The position numbers and the translations under genes are program-made. From Dehalococcoidia bacterium (GTDB taxonomy: Bacteria; Chloroflexota; Dehalococcoidia; UBA2979), in contig OZ219873.1 of the NCBI GenBank assembly GCA_964291495.2, positions 1-28,321 on the forward strand: a stretch of 28,321 bases of DNA, read 5' to 3'. Below, piece after piece: positions 1 to 8,976 of this stretch; the stretch's first letter is position 1; each line of letters starts with the position of its first letter. The notes under the pieces were generated by a model. The model saw only the letters and a program-made list of their open reading frames with translations, was not told where the DNA came from and did not search any database.

Positions 1-38
1 TCTCCGGCGTGCGTGTTGTTCGCATTCCATTGGACCAC
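1..38 (-). CDS. 5' end of a gene running off the window (possibly clpP, from synteny only)
   Basis: GTG at 38 with GGAG 7 nt upstream, just after the tig stop; frame VVQWNANNTHAG is open to the edge. tig-clpP is a common gene order, but no ClpP motif is visible. Confidence 0.3.
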   Translation of the reverse strand, partial: MVQWNANNTHAG

Positions 39-59
39 GGGCGCGCTCCGAGCGCCGCC

Positions 60-1529
60 CTACGACTCGCTGTCCTCGTCGCCGTCTCCGGCGTCCGCCT
101 CCGCCGAGGCCTCCTCGGGAGCCCCGCTGTCGTCCGCCTGCTCGTCGCCGTCCTCGTCGGCGGCGGCGCGCGAGCCGCGGCGACGGCGGCCGCGACGGCG
201 CGGCGAGCGCGGTTCGAGCTCTTCGTCCTCCTGCGAGGCGATCTCGATCAGCCGCTCCAGCGCACGTTCGGAGATCAGGCGCTCACGCAGCGAGGCGCGC
301 ATCTGCTCCGTGTCGAACATCCCGCGCACGCGCGCGCGCTGCTCGAGGTCCGTCGTCCCCGCCGAGGCCTGCTCGACGAGTTCGTCGACGCGCTCGCCGA
401 TCTCCTCGTCGGAGGCCGCGATCTCCTCGCGGACCGCGAACTCCGCGAGCACAAGGCCCCGCCTCACGATCAGGTCGGCCTGCTCGCGCAGGGAGTCACG
501 CACCTCTTCCTCGGTGCGCCCGATCGCTTGCAGCCAGCGCTCGAAGTCCTCGCGCTCGTGGGCGGCGTGCTGCGACTGCTCGTCGACGAGGCGGTCGATC
601 TCGCGCTCGACCAGCACCTCGGGGTAGTCCAGCTCGGCGGTGGCGAGGAGGAGGTCCACGACCTCCTCGCGGTAGGTCATCTCGTGGACCGCCTCGATCT
701 GCTCCCGCACACCCTCGCTGACGAGCGTTTGGAGCTGTTCGAGGTTCTCGATGCCTTCCTCGTCGAGGGAGCGGGCAAAGTCGTCGTCGAGGTCCGGCAG
801 CACCTCCTGCTTGACCTCGAGGAGCTGGACGCTGTAGCTCGCAGTTTTCCCGGCGAGATCCTCGGCCTGGTAGTCCTCCGGCAGGTCGAATGAGAACTCG
901 TGCGGGCCGCCGCGCTGGAGGCCGATCAGCTGGTCGAGGAAGCCGGGCAGAGAGACGATGCCCCCCTCGGTGACGGCGAACTCGGCGCCCTCCTCGAGGT
1001 GCGGCTCCTCCTGGCCCTCGACCGATACGCTCATGTCGATGCGGACGGTGTCGTTCCACTCGACCGGGCGGTCGACCGGCTCAAGCGTGGCGTAGCGGCG
1101 GCGCAGCTCGGTCAGCGCCTCCTCGGTCTCCGCCTCGCCGACGGACGGCTCCTCGCGAGGCACGCGCAACGCCTGATAGGCGCCGATCTCGATCGTCGGG
1201 CGGACCGGCACGGTCGCCTGGACGACCAGCGGCTCGGTCGACTTGAGCTCGATCTCGGGCTGGTCGATCGCCTCGATTTCCTCGGTCTCGAGGGCCTCGT
1301 TGTAGACGCCCGGCAGCAGATCTTCGATCGCCTCCTGCAGCAGCAACGGTTGCCCGACGGTGCGCTCGACGATCTCGCGCGGAGCCTTGCCGGGGCGGAA
1401 ACCGGGGATGCGGACCTGCTGCGAGACCTTGTTGATGACCTTCTTCATCGACGCCTCGAGGCGCTCCGGTTCGACCTCGATCTCGAGCGAGACGAGGGAG
1501 CGCGGGAGGCGTTCAGCGGTTACGCCCAA
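60..1529 (-). CDS. tig: Trigger factor (ribosome-associated chaperone/PPIase)
   Basis: Ribosome-binding signature IPGFRPGKAP; FKBP-like middle (LPGFLDQLIG...LPEDYQAEDLAGKTASY); LPDLDDDFA motif; TTG start preceded by GGAGAAGGGG. Confidence 0.96.
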   Translation of the reverse strand: MGVTAERLPRSLVSLEIEVEPERLEASMKKVINKVSQQVRIPGFRPGKAPREIVERTVGQPLLLQEAIEDLLPGVYNEALETEEIEAIDQPEIELKSTEPLVVQATVPVRPTIEIGAYQALRVPREEPSVGEAETEEALTELRRRYATLEPVDRPVEWNDTVRIDMSVSVEGQEEPHLEEGAEFAVTEGGIVSLPGFLDQLIGLQRGGPHEFSFDLPEDYQAEDLAGKTASYSVQLLEVKQEVLPDLDDDFARSLDEEGIENLEQLQTLVSEGVREQIEAVHEMTYREEVVDLLLATAELDYPEVLVEREIDRLVDEQSQHAAHEREDFERWLQAIGRTEEEVRDSLREQADLIVRRGLVLAEFAVREEIAASDEEIGERVDELVEQASAGTTDLEQRARVRGMFDTEQMRASLRERLISERALERLIEIASQEDEELEPRSPRRRGRRRRGSRAAADEDGDEQADDSGAPEEASAEADAGDGDEDSES

Positions 1530-1643
1530 GGCTGGCCCCTTCTCCGTGGCGGGACTGCTCGCGGCAGGCCATCTCGCAACGGGACGTCCTCGCGGCGGCG
1601 GGGTCCGTGGACCACCGGTAACGCGCGGGAGCGTAGCGGATTG

Positions 1644-1652
1644 AGTATATCA
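1644..1652 (-). promoter_or_regulatory. Putative extended -10 promoter for tig (TGA-TATACT)
   Basis: TGnTATACT on the minus strand in the only AT-rich patch of the oppC-tig gap, ~115 nt upstream of the start. Confidence 0.55.
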
Positions 1653-1702
1653 ACGGGTCCCGCTTCGGTCCCGCGGGCGTCGTCGTGCCCTCGGGAGAGC
1701 CG

Positions 1703-2668
1703 TTAGCGCGCCCGCACCGCGTCGTTCAGCGCGTCGCCGAACAACGCGAAGGCGAAGAGCAACGAGACGACGAAGAACGAGGGAACGAGCAGCAGGTGCG
1801 GGCTGGCCTGGAACGTGCGGACGCTGCCGGCCTCGAAGATCATCGCGCCGAACGAGGGGGCCGGCGGCTGGATGCCGACGCCGAACCAGGTCAGGAACAG
1901 CTCCGAGCCGGCCACGGCCCCGAGCGCCGTCGAGGCGCCGAGGATGAGCAGGAACGAGACGTTGGGCAGCAGGTGCCGCCAGATCACGTGGCTCGTGGTC
2001 GCGCCCATCGCCTGCGCCGCGAGTACGAAGTCCCGCTCCCGGATCTGCAGCGTCTGCGCGCGGATGATGCGCATGCTGCCGACCCAGAAGAACAGCGAGA
2101 GCGCGCCGAAGACCGTGAGGTACGAGGGCACGCCGTTGGCGACGAGCCCGCTGAGTGGCGAGTTCTCCTCGATCCACCCGGTCGCCTCGATCACGCGCGG
2201 GGCGAGCGAGGCGTTGATCAGGATCAGCATCGGCAGCCCCGGTAAGGCGATGAAGACGTCGCCGACGCGGCCGATCACGCCGTCGATCCAGCCGCCGCGG
2301 TAGCCGGAAAGGAGGCCAAGCGTCGGCCCAATCACCATGCCGCCGGTGACGATCACGGTGATGGTGATGATCACCGTGGTGCGTGCGGAGTACATCACGC
2401 GGCTCAGCATGTCGCGGCCGAGCCGGTCCGTCCCGAGGAAGTGGTCCGCGCTCGGGCCCTCGAGGCCGCGCGTGAGGTCCTGCTCGCGGTAGGAGTAGGG
2501 GGCCGTCCACTGCGCGGTGATGCCCATCAGGTAGATCACGAGCACCACGGCGAGGCCGATCATCGCGATCCGCTTGCGGCGGAGCCGCCGCCAGAGCTGC
2601 AGCCAGGGACCGGCGGGCCGCCCTCGGGTGACCTCGGCGTCTTCGAGCCCGACGGCGGCGGCGCTCAC
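1703..2668 (-). CDS. oppC: Peptide/nickel ABC transporter permease, OppC/DppC type
   Basis: OppC N-terminal amphipathic helix (WRRLRRKRIAMIG), HFLGTDRLGRDMLSR, EAA-like loop (AAQAMGA...IWRHLLPN), C-terminal GDALNDA; GTGA overlap with the upstream permease. Confidence 0.92.
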   Translation of the reverse strand: MSAAAVGLEDAEVTRGRPAGPWLQLWRRLRRKRIAMIGLAVVLVIYLMGITAQWTAPYSYREQDLTRGLEGPSADHFLGTDRLGRDMLSRVMYSARTTVIITITVIVTGGMVIGPTLGLLSGYRGGWIDGVIGRVGDVFIALPGLPMLILINASLAPRVIEATGWIEENSPLSGLVANGVPSYLTVFGALSLFFWVGSMRIIRAQTLQIRERDFVLAAQAMGATTSHVIWRHLLPNVSFLLILGASTALGAVAGSELFLTWFGVGIQPPAPSFGAMIFEAGSVRTFQASPHLLLVPSFFVVSLLFAFALFGDALNDAVRAR

Positions 2669-3696
2669 GCGTTCACCGCCTCGCCGAGCCGCACGCGCGG
2701 GTCGATGAAGGTGTAGCTGATCTCGATCACCAGGTTCGCGATCAGGAACGCGGTTGCGATGATCACCGTGATCGCCAGGATCACGTCGTAGTCACGGCTC
2801 TGCACCGCCTCGATCGAGAAGCGTCCGATGCCCGGGATGCCGAGCAACGTCTCGGTGAAGAACGCGCCCTCGAGGATGCCGACCAGCGCGAACCCGATGA
2901 CGGTCACCACCGGCAGGAGCGAGTTGGGGAGGACGTGGCGCAGCGCCACGGCCGCCTCCGTGATCCCTTTCGCGCGCGCGGTGCGCACGTAGTCCTCCGT
3001 GAGCACCTCGAGGGCGGTGATCCGCACGAGGCGGGCGACGCCGGCGATGCCGCCGATGGAGAGCACGAAGACGGGCATGTAGAGGTGCGGATCGGGGATC
3101 GGCACGGCGATCACGCCGCCGATCCACCAGATGTCGAAGAGGCCCGCGAAGCCGTCGCCCCCCCAGCCGCCCGCCGGCAGGATGTCGAGCTTGAGCGCGA
3201 ACAGCCAGAGCATCGGCGGGATGATCACCAGCACGGGCAGGGCCGTCAGGAAGAGCAGGCTGCTGATCACGAACGGGTCGATCCACGTCCCGCTGAAGCG
3301 TGCGGTGAGCAGCCCGAGCGGGATGCCCGTCCCGAAGACGACGACCAGCGCGAGGAAGCCCAGCTGCGCCGAGATCAGCATGCGCTTGCGGATCAGCTCG
3401 TTGACCGTGAAGCCGCGCTGGATGAACGACTCGCCGAAGTCCCCGCGGATCGAGCCACCGCCTGAACCGCCCGGGTAGAGATCGCCGAACAGCCAGCGGC
3501 CATACTGCTCGAAGATGGAGCCATCGAGGCCGCGCTCGGCGCGGATGCGCTCAAGCACCTCGGGGTCGCGGTACTGCCCGGCGGCGACGCTCACCGGGTC
3601 GCCCGGACCGAAGCGAGCGATCGAGAAGGTCGCGAACGAAACCACGAACAGCACGACCGGCAGCCAGAGCAGGCGGCGGATGATGTATCCGGCCAT
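2665..3696 (-). CDS. oppB: Peptide/nickel ABC transporter permease, OppB/DppB type
   Basis: YIIRRLL start, GPGDP, GDFGES, EDYVRTARAKG...HVLPNSLLP, IDPRV end; GGAGG RBS. Confidence 0.93.
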   Translation of the reverse strand: MAGYIIRRLLWLPVVLFVVSFATFSIARFGPGDPVSVAAGQYRDPEVLERIRAERGLDGSIFEQYGRWLFGDLYPGGSGGGSIRGDFGESFIQRGFTVNELIRKRMLISAQLGFLALVVVFGTGIPLGLLTARFSGTWIDPFVISSLLFLTALPVLVIIPPMLWLFALKLDILPAGGWGGDGFAGLFDIWWIGGVIAVPIPDPHLYMPVFVLSIGGIAGVARLVRITALEVLTEDYVRTARAKGITEAAVALRHVLPNSLLPVVTVIGFALVGILEGAFFTETLLGIPGIGRFSIEAVQSRDYDVILAITVIIATAFLIANLVIEISYTFIDPRVRLGEAVNA

Positions 3697-3717
3697 CGCC
3701 GGCCGCCTCCGTTTCGA

Positions 3718-5439
3718 CTAGCGGTTCACGGTGATGTGGCGCAGCCGCGGTATCACCATCGGCGGCTCGAACCAGCCCTCGACGTCCGCGTTCACCACGA
3801 CGTGCACGCGGGAGAAGTAGAGCGGCAGCCACGCCGCGTCCTCGACGATCAGGCGCTCCGCCTCCTGGTACAGCGCCAGCCGCGCCGCGGTGTCCTGCTC
3901 CGTGCGGGCGCGATCGAGGATCGCGTCGACCTCCGCGTTGGAGTAGCCCACGTCGTTGAGCTCGGACTCGGAGTGGAACTTGAGATCGAGGATGTCCTCG
4001 GGGTCCGGGTAGTCCATGATCCAGCCGGCGTTGAACATCTGCAGGCGGCCGGAATCCTGGTCCTCCAGGAACGTCGCGAAGTCGGTCTGCTGGATGCGGA
4101 CTTCGATGCCGAGTTCCTCGCGCCACTGCTCGATGAAGGCCTGCGTGTCGATGCGCGCCTCGGCGCCGCCGCCGACCTCGGTGATGACGATCGGCGGGAG
4201 GTTCTCGGCGGACCCGTACTTCGACTCCGCCAGCAGGCGGCGCGCCTCGTCCGGGTCGAACTGGAAGGTCTTGTCCTCCGGGGTGTAGCCCGGCAGCTGC
4301 GGCATCAGGATGCCGGTGGCCGGCGCAATCATGTTCTTGAACGTCACCTCGGCGATCAGGTTGCGGTCGATCGACAGCCCGAGGGCGCGGCGAACGTTGA
4401 CGTCGTCGAACGGCGGCACCTGCGTGTTGAACGCCAGGTACGAGATCGTGAACTGGCTGAACTCCTGGTAGAGCGGCCCGATGTCGCTGTTCGGGTCGCG
4501 CGCCCGATCGATGTCGTTCACGGAGATGAAGGCGATGTCCAGTTCGCCGTTCTCGAAGCGCGTCAGCGTCGATCCGCCCGCCAGCTCGTAGAGCACCTCG
4601 CGCACGGACGGCTCGCCGAGGTGGTAGCGCGGGTTGGAGCGCAGCACGATCCGCTCGCCGATGCGCCACTCCTGGAGGCGATAGGGCCCGGTGCCGACGG
4701 GGCGGCGCGTCCAGCCCCGCGGGTTGCCCTCGATCTGCTGCTGATCGACGACGAACGCCGTCGGATAGCTGAGCTTGGCGAGGAAGTAGGGCTTCGGCGC
4801 GTCGATCGTGAAGCGAACCGTGCGGTCGTCGATCACCTCGACGCCCTCGATCGTCTCGGCGAGCCCGTAGAAGTGCTCGCGGACGCCGATGATGTCGCCG
4901 AGGTAGGCGAGCGCGGTCGGCGAGGCGAGCTCCGGCGAGGCGGCGCGCTCGATCGACCAGCGGACGTCCTCGGCGGTCACGCGGCGGCCGTTGTGGAAGA
5001 GGATGTCGTCACGCAGTGTGAACGTGTATTGCAGTCCGTCCGGGCTGATCTCGACCGACTCGGCGAGGTCGAGCTCGATGTTCAGGTCCGGCGAGATCGT
5101 GACGAGGCCGTTGAACACCTCGACGATGTACTCGGCGGAGCCAGAGTCGCCGGCGATGTGCGGGTCGAGCGTGACCGGGTCGCTGCCGGGGAGCCGCAGC
5201 CGGCCGGCTGCGGCGGCGCTGCCGCCGCTGTCGCCACCGTCCCCGCTGTCGCCATCGTCTCGATCGTCGCTGCTCGTGCCGCCGGTGTCGGTGGTGATGC
5301 CGGCGGCGGCTGTGGGCTCGGCGGCGCCGTCGTCGCCTCCTCCACCCAGCAAGAGCACGGCAGAGAGTCCGCCGATGAGCAGCACGAGGGCCGCGAGGAC
5401 CCCGAGCATGATGACGATGATGCGGTTCTGTCCGCCCAC
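3718..5439 (-). CDS. Family-5 ABC solute-binding protein (OppA/DppA-like) with N-terminal membrane anchor
   Basis: DPVTLDP, VFNGLV, DLAES, YTFTLRDDILFHNGRRVTAEDV, PVGTGPY, PPFDDVNVRRAL, WIMDYPDP; hydrophobic N-terminal helix without a lipobox Cys; GGAGG RBS before GTG. Confidence 0.93.
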   Translation of the reverse strand: MGGQNRIIVIMLGVLAALVLLIGGLSAVLLLGGGGDDGAAEPTAAAGITTDTGGTSSDDRDDGDSGDGGDSGGSAAAAGRLRLPGSDPVTLDPHIAGDSGSAEYIVEVFNGLVTISPDLNIELDLAESVEISPDGLQYTFTLRDDILFHNGRRVTAEDVRWSIERAASPELASPTALAYLGDIIGVREHFYGLAETIEGVEVIDDRTVRFTIDAPKPYFLAKLSYPTAFVVDQQQIEGNPRGWTRRPVGTGPYRLQEWRIGERIVLRSNPRYHLGEPSVREVLYELAGGSTLTRFENGELDIAFISVNDIDRARDPNSDIGPLYQEFSQFTISYLAFNTQVPPFDDVNVRRALGLSIDRNLIAEVTFKNMIAPATGILMPQLPGYTPEDKTFQFDPDEARRLLAESKYGSAENLPPIVITEVGGGAEARIDTQAFIEQWREELGIEVRIQQTDFATFLEDQDSGRLQMFNAGWIMDYPDPEDILDLKFHSESELNDVGYSNAEVDAILDRARTEQDTAARLALYQEAERLIVEDAAWLPLYFSRVHVVVNADVEGWFEPPMVIPRLRHITVNR

Positions 5440-5457
5440 GGAGCCCTCCGCCCGCTC

Positions 5458-5494
5458 GCAGAACCCGCTATCGCCGGTAAGCGAGCGGGTCTGC
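5458..5494 (-). repeat. GC-rich stem-loop between the aspS stop and the oppA RBS
   Basis: Minus-strand GCAGACCCGCTCGC pairs with GCG(AT)AGCGGG(T)TCTGC around a TTACCG loop. No U-tract, so not a canonical intrinsic terminator. Confidence 0.55.
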
Positions 5495-5499
5495 GCTGA

Positions 5500-7332
5500 T
5501 CATACGTCAGTCGCGCCGCCCAACGCCTGCGCTTGCGGTGTCAGCGCGACGTGCACATCGGCAAGTTGCTGCGCCTCGACCGCGCTCGGCGCGCCGGTCA
5601 TCGGGTCCGAGGCGGTCTTCGTCTTTGGGAAGGCGATCACCTCGCGAATGTCGCGCTCGCCCGCAAGCAGCGCGGCCGTGCGATCGATGCCGAGCGCGAT
5701 GCCGCCGTGCGGCGGCGCGCCGTAGGTGAATGCCTGCAGCATGTGGCCGAAGCGCTCCTCCGCCTCGGCCTCGCCCAGATCGAGGGCGCGCAGCACCCGC
5801 ATCAGCCGCTCGCGGCGGTGGATCCGGATCGAGCCCGAGCCGATCTCCTGGCCGTTGCAGACCAGGTCGTAGGCGCGCGAGCGGACCCGGCCGGGGTCCA
5901 TCTCCAGCAGCTCGTCGTCCTCCTCGTAAGGTGAGGTGAAGAGGTGGTGGACGGCGCTCCAGCGCGTATCGGCGGCGTCGCGCTCGAACATCGGGAAGTC
6001 GGTGATCAGCGCGAAAGCGAGCACGCCGGGGTCGGCCAGCTCGCGCTGCTCGGCGACGTGGCGCATGAGCCCGTCCAGCACTCGCGAGGTGACCTCGTCG
6101 CGGTCGGCCACGATCAGCAGCATGTCGCCGCGGCTCGCGCCGCAGGCCGCGCCGATCGCGGCCAGCGTCTCGCCATCGAGGAAGCGCTTCGCGGGCGACC
6201 GCGTCTGCTCGTGCAGGTCCTCCGGCGGGACGCTATCGAGCGCACCCTCGCCGTCGAAGGCGACCCAGACGAGGCCGCCGGCGCCCAGCTCCCGGGCGAG
6301 CTCGACCAGCGCGTCGGCGCCCCGCCGCGGCGTGTCGGCGCCGCCGGGCACGGCGAAGCCACGCACACGCCCGCCGCCGGCGATCGCGTTGCGGAAGACA
6401 CCGAACTCCGAGTCCGCGACGAGCGCGCCGAGATCGCGGATCTCGATGCCGATGCGCAGGTCCGGCTTGTCGGAGCCGTAGCGCTCCATCGCCTCGGCCC
6501 AGGTCATGCGGGGGAACGGCGTCGGGGTCTGGAAGTGGCTGCCTTCGGTGAGCGCCAACTCGCTGTAGAGGCCCTCGATCAGGTCGAGCACGTCGTCCTG
6601 CTCGACGAACGCCATCTCGAGGTCGAGCTGCGTGAACTCGGGCTGGCGGTCGGCGCGCAGGTCCTCGTCGCGGTAGCAGCGCGCAATCTGGAAGTAGCGC
6701 TCCTGCCCGGCCACGACCAGCAACTGCTTCCACTGCTGCGGTGACTGCGGCAGCGCGTAGAAGCGCCCGGGGTGGATGCGGCTCGGCACCAGGTAGTCAC
6801 GCGCGCCCTCGGGAGTTGCGAGGCCGAGCACCGGCGTCTCGATCTCCACGAACCCGCGGTCGCCGAGGTAGTTGCGGATGAAGCGCACCACGCGATGGCG
6901 CAGCGCGATGTTGGCGGCCATGCGCTCGCGGCGCAGGTCCAGGTAGCGGTAGCGCAGCCGCGTCGCCTCGTCGACCTGCGTGTCCTGGTTGATCGGGAAG
7001 GGCGGCGTCTCCGCCTCGTTGAGTATCCGCGCCTCGCGGACGGCGACCTCGACGCCGCCGGTCGCCAGCTCCGGGTTCACCGTCTCCGGCGTGCGCTCGA
7101 CGACCCGTCCGGCGATCTGCACGACGTACTCGCTGCGCAGCGCGGAGGCGACTTCGAAGGCCTCGGGCGCGTGCTCGGGGTGGAAGACGGCCTGCACGAT
7201 GCCGCTGGAGTCGCGCAGGTCGATGAAGACCAGCCCGCCGTGGTCGCGCCGACGGTGAACCCAGCCCGCGAGGACCACGTCCTGGCCGGCGTGCCCCGGG
7301 CGGAGTAGCCCTGCCTCGAAGTCGCGCAGCAT
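5500..7332 (-). CDS. aspS: Aspartyl-tRNA synthetase (probably non-discriminating)
   Basis: GWVHRRRDHGGLVFIDLRD OB-fold; RLRYRYLDLRR; TPEGARDYLVPSR; YFQIARCYRDEDLRADRQPEFTQLD; GAPPHGGIALGIDR. Start moved to ATG 7332 (MLRD..) because the longer ORF runs up to the hemW start. Confidence 0.97.
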   Translation of the reverse strand: MLRDFEAGLLRPGHAGQDVVLAGWVHRRRDHGGLVFIDLRDSSGIVQAVFHPEHAPEAFEVASALRSEYVVQIAGRVVERTPETVNPELATGGVEVAVREARILNEAETPPFPINQDTQVDEATRLRYRYLDLRRERMAANIALRHRVVRFIRNYLGDRGFVEIETPVLGLATPEGARDYLVPSRIHPGRFYALPQSPQQWKQLLVVAGQERYFQIARCYRDEDLRADRQPEFTQLDLEMAFVEQDDVLDLIEGLYSELALTEGSHFQTPTPFPRMTWAEAMERYGSDKPDLRIGIEIRDLGALVADSEFGVFRNAIAGGGRVRGFAVPGGADTPRRGADALVELARELGAGGLVWVAFDGEGALDSVPPEDLHEQTRSPAKRFLDGETLAAIGAACGASRGDMLLIVADRDEVTSRVLDGLMRHVAEQRELADPGVLAFALITDFPMFERDAADTRWSAVHHLFTSPYEEDDELLEMDPGRVRSRAYDLVCNGQEIGSGSIRIHRRERLMRVLRALDLGEAEAEERFGHMLQAFTYGAPPHGGIALGIDRTAALLAGERDIREVIAFPKTKTASDPMTGAPSAVEAQQLADVHVALTPQAQALGGATDV

Positions 7333-7465
7333 CGTGTGTCGAGTCTCGCACGGGGGCCGGGGGGTGGGCCAGCGCGCCGGCCGCCCCGCTCCCCACGTTC
7401 CCCACACCTCGCCGCGCCTGTACGCTGGCCGCGAGGCGCGGCGGCGCCGGGGAGCAGGTCGAGGC

Positions 7466-8671
7466 ATGGCGCAGGCGCTCTCGCTCTATCTGCACATCCC
7501 GTTCTGCACCGCGAAGTGCGGCTACTGCGACTTCAACTCCTACGAGGGCCTCGACCACCTCGTGCCGGACTACACGCCCGCGCTCGTGCGCGAGCTCGGC
7601 CTCTGGGCGCCCGCCGCGCGCGAGTTCGAGGTGCGCACGATCTTCTTCGGCGGCGGCACGCCGAGCCTCAGCTCGCTCGAAGACATGCACACGCTCGCCG
7701 GCGCGATCCGCGAACGCTACGCGATCGCTCCCGACGCCGAGTGGACGCTCGAGGCCAACCCCACCGACCTGACCCGCGAGCACCTCGAGGGCCTGCGCGA
7801 GATCGGCTTCAACCGGCTCTCGATCGGCGTGCAATCGCTGCACGCCGACGAGCTCGAGCTGCTCGACCGCCAGCACTCGGGCGACCGTGCCCTCGAGGCG
7901 CTGCGCGACGCCCGCGCGGCGGGCTTCGAGAATGTCAACGCCGACCTGATCTTCGGACTGATCGGGCAGCCGCTGGACCGCTGGCAGGCGACGCTCGAAG
8001 GCGTCCTCACGGCGCGGCCGGAGCACATTTCCTGCTACGCGCTCACCGTCGAGCCGGGCACGGCCCTCTACTACCGCGTGCAGAAGGGCGAGTTGCCGGA
8101 ACCCGACCCGGATGTGGTCGCCGACCAGTACGAGTGGACGCGCGACCGGCTCGCCGGCGCGGACTACGAGCAGTACGAGATCTCGAACTGGGCGCAACCC
8201 GGACAGGCCTGCCGTCACAACCTCGTCTACTGGCGGGCGGAGCCCTACCTCGGCTTCGGCGCCGGCGCGCACTCCTTCTTCGCCGGGCAGCGCCTCGCCA
8301 ACGTCGACTCCCCCGCCCGCTACGTCGAGCTCGTCAACGCCTCGCACGAGGAACGCGAGCAGCACGGGGGCGGCGCGCTGCAGCAGATCGCGGGCGGCGA
8401 GACACCGGACGCGGCCACGTTGCGCGCGGACGCGCTGATCCTCGGACTGCGTTTGGTCGAGGGCGTCGACGCCTCCGAGTTCGCCGGGCGCTTCGGCGTC
8501 TCGCCGCGCGAGGCGTTCGGCGAGGCGATCGAGCGGCACACGGAACTCGGGCTGCTCGAATGGGACGGCGACCGGCTGCGGCTGAGCGAACGCGGGCTGC
8601 TGCTTGCGAACGAGGTCTTCGTCGATCTGCTGCCGGAGTCGGAGGCCGCGGCCGCCGTCGCACCCGGCTAG
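7466..8671 (+). CDS. hemW: Radical SAM heme chaperone HemW
   Basis: LYLHIPFC-TAK-CGYCDF (CxxxCxxC), GGGTPS, EANP, RLSIGVQS, YEISNWA and the HemW-type HNxxYW (HNLVYW); ATG at 7466 chosen as start. Confidence 0.92.
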   Translation: MAQALSLYLHIPFCTAKCGYCDFNSYEGLDHLVPDYTPALVRELGLWAPAAREFEVRTIFFGGGTPSLSSLEDMHTLAGAIRERYAIAPDAEWTLEANPTDLTREHLEGLREIGFNRLSIGVQSLHADELELLDRQHSGDRALEALRDARAAGFENVNADLIFGLIGQPLDRWQATLEGVLTARPEHISCYALTVEPGTALYYRVQKGELPEPDPDVVADQYEWTRDRLAGADYEQYEISNWAQPGQACRHNLVYWRAEPYLGFGAGAHSFFAGQRLANVDSPARYVELVNASHEEREQHGGGALQQIAGGETPDAATLRADALILGLRLVEGVDASEFAGRFGVSPREAFGEAIERHTELGLLEWDGDRLRLSERGLLLANEVFVDLLPESEAAAAVAPG

Positions 8672-8686
8672 CGGCGGCCACCACAC

Positions 8687-8968
8687 ATGGCCATCGAGGT
8701 CTACCGCTGCTCGCACTGCGGCCGCGAGGTACTGGTGCGTCCACCGGGCCCGATCAGCCGCTCCGAGGCCGCGCGGCGCGTCGAGGAAGAGCTGCGCGCC
8801 GCGGCGAGGGGCCCGCGCGGACGCCTCAGCCCGCACTTCCGGCTGCGCGACGACATCTGGCTCGGCGTCTCGCAGCTGCGCGGCGAGGTGCCGCGCCGCG
8901 AGTTGCCCGAGTGCTGCCCGGCCTGCTCCCGCGCGGACACCCTCGAGGAATCCCGGACGATCGAGTAG
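8687..8968 (+). CDS. Small hypothetical protein with split zinc ribbon (CxxC...CPxC)
   Basis: YRCSHCG near the N-terminus and CCPACS near the C-terminus; host-like GC-rich third codon positions; 15 nt after the hemW stop. Confidence 0.75.
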   Translation: MAIEVYRCSHCGREVLVRPPGPISRSEAARRVEEELRAAARGPRGRLSPHFRLRDDIWLGVSQLRGEVPRRELPECCPACSRADTLEESRTIE

Positions 8969-8976
8969 CCCTCGCA

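Noticed and set aside
7351-7408. G-tracts in the aspS-hemW intergenic region (possible G-quadruplex or MraZ-like GTGGGG boxes)
   Set aside because: Spacing is 9 and 7 nt rather than 10, and G-runs are common at this GC content; no independent support.
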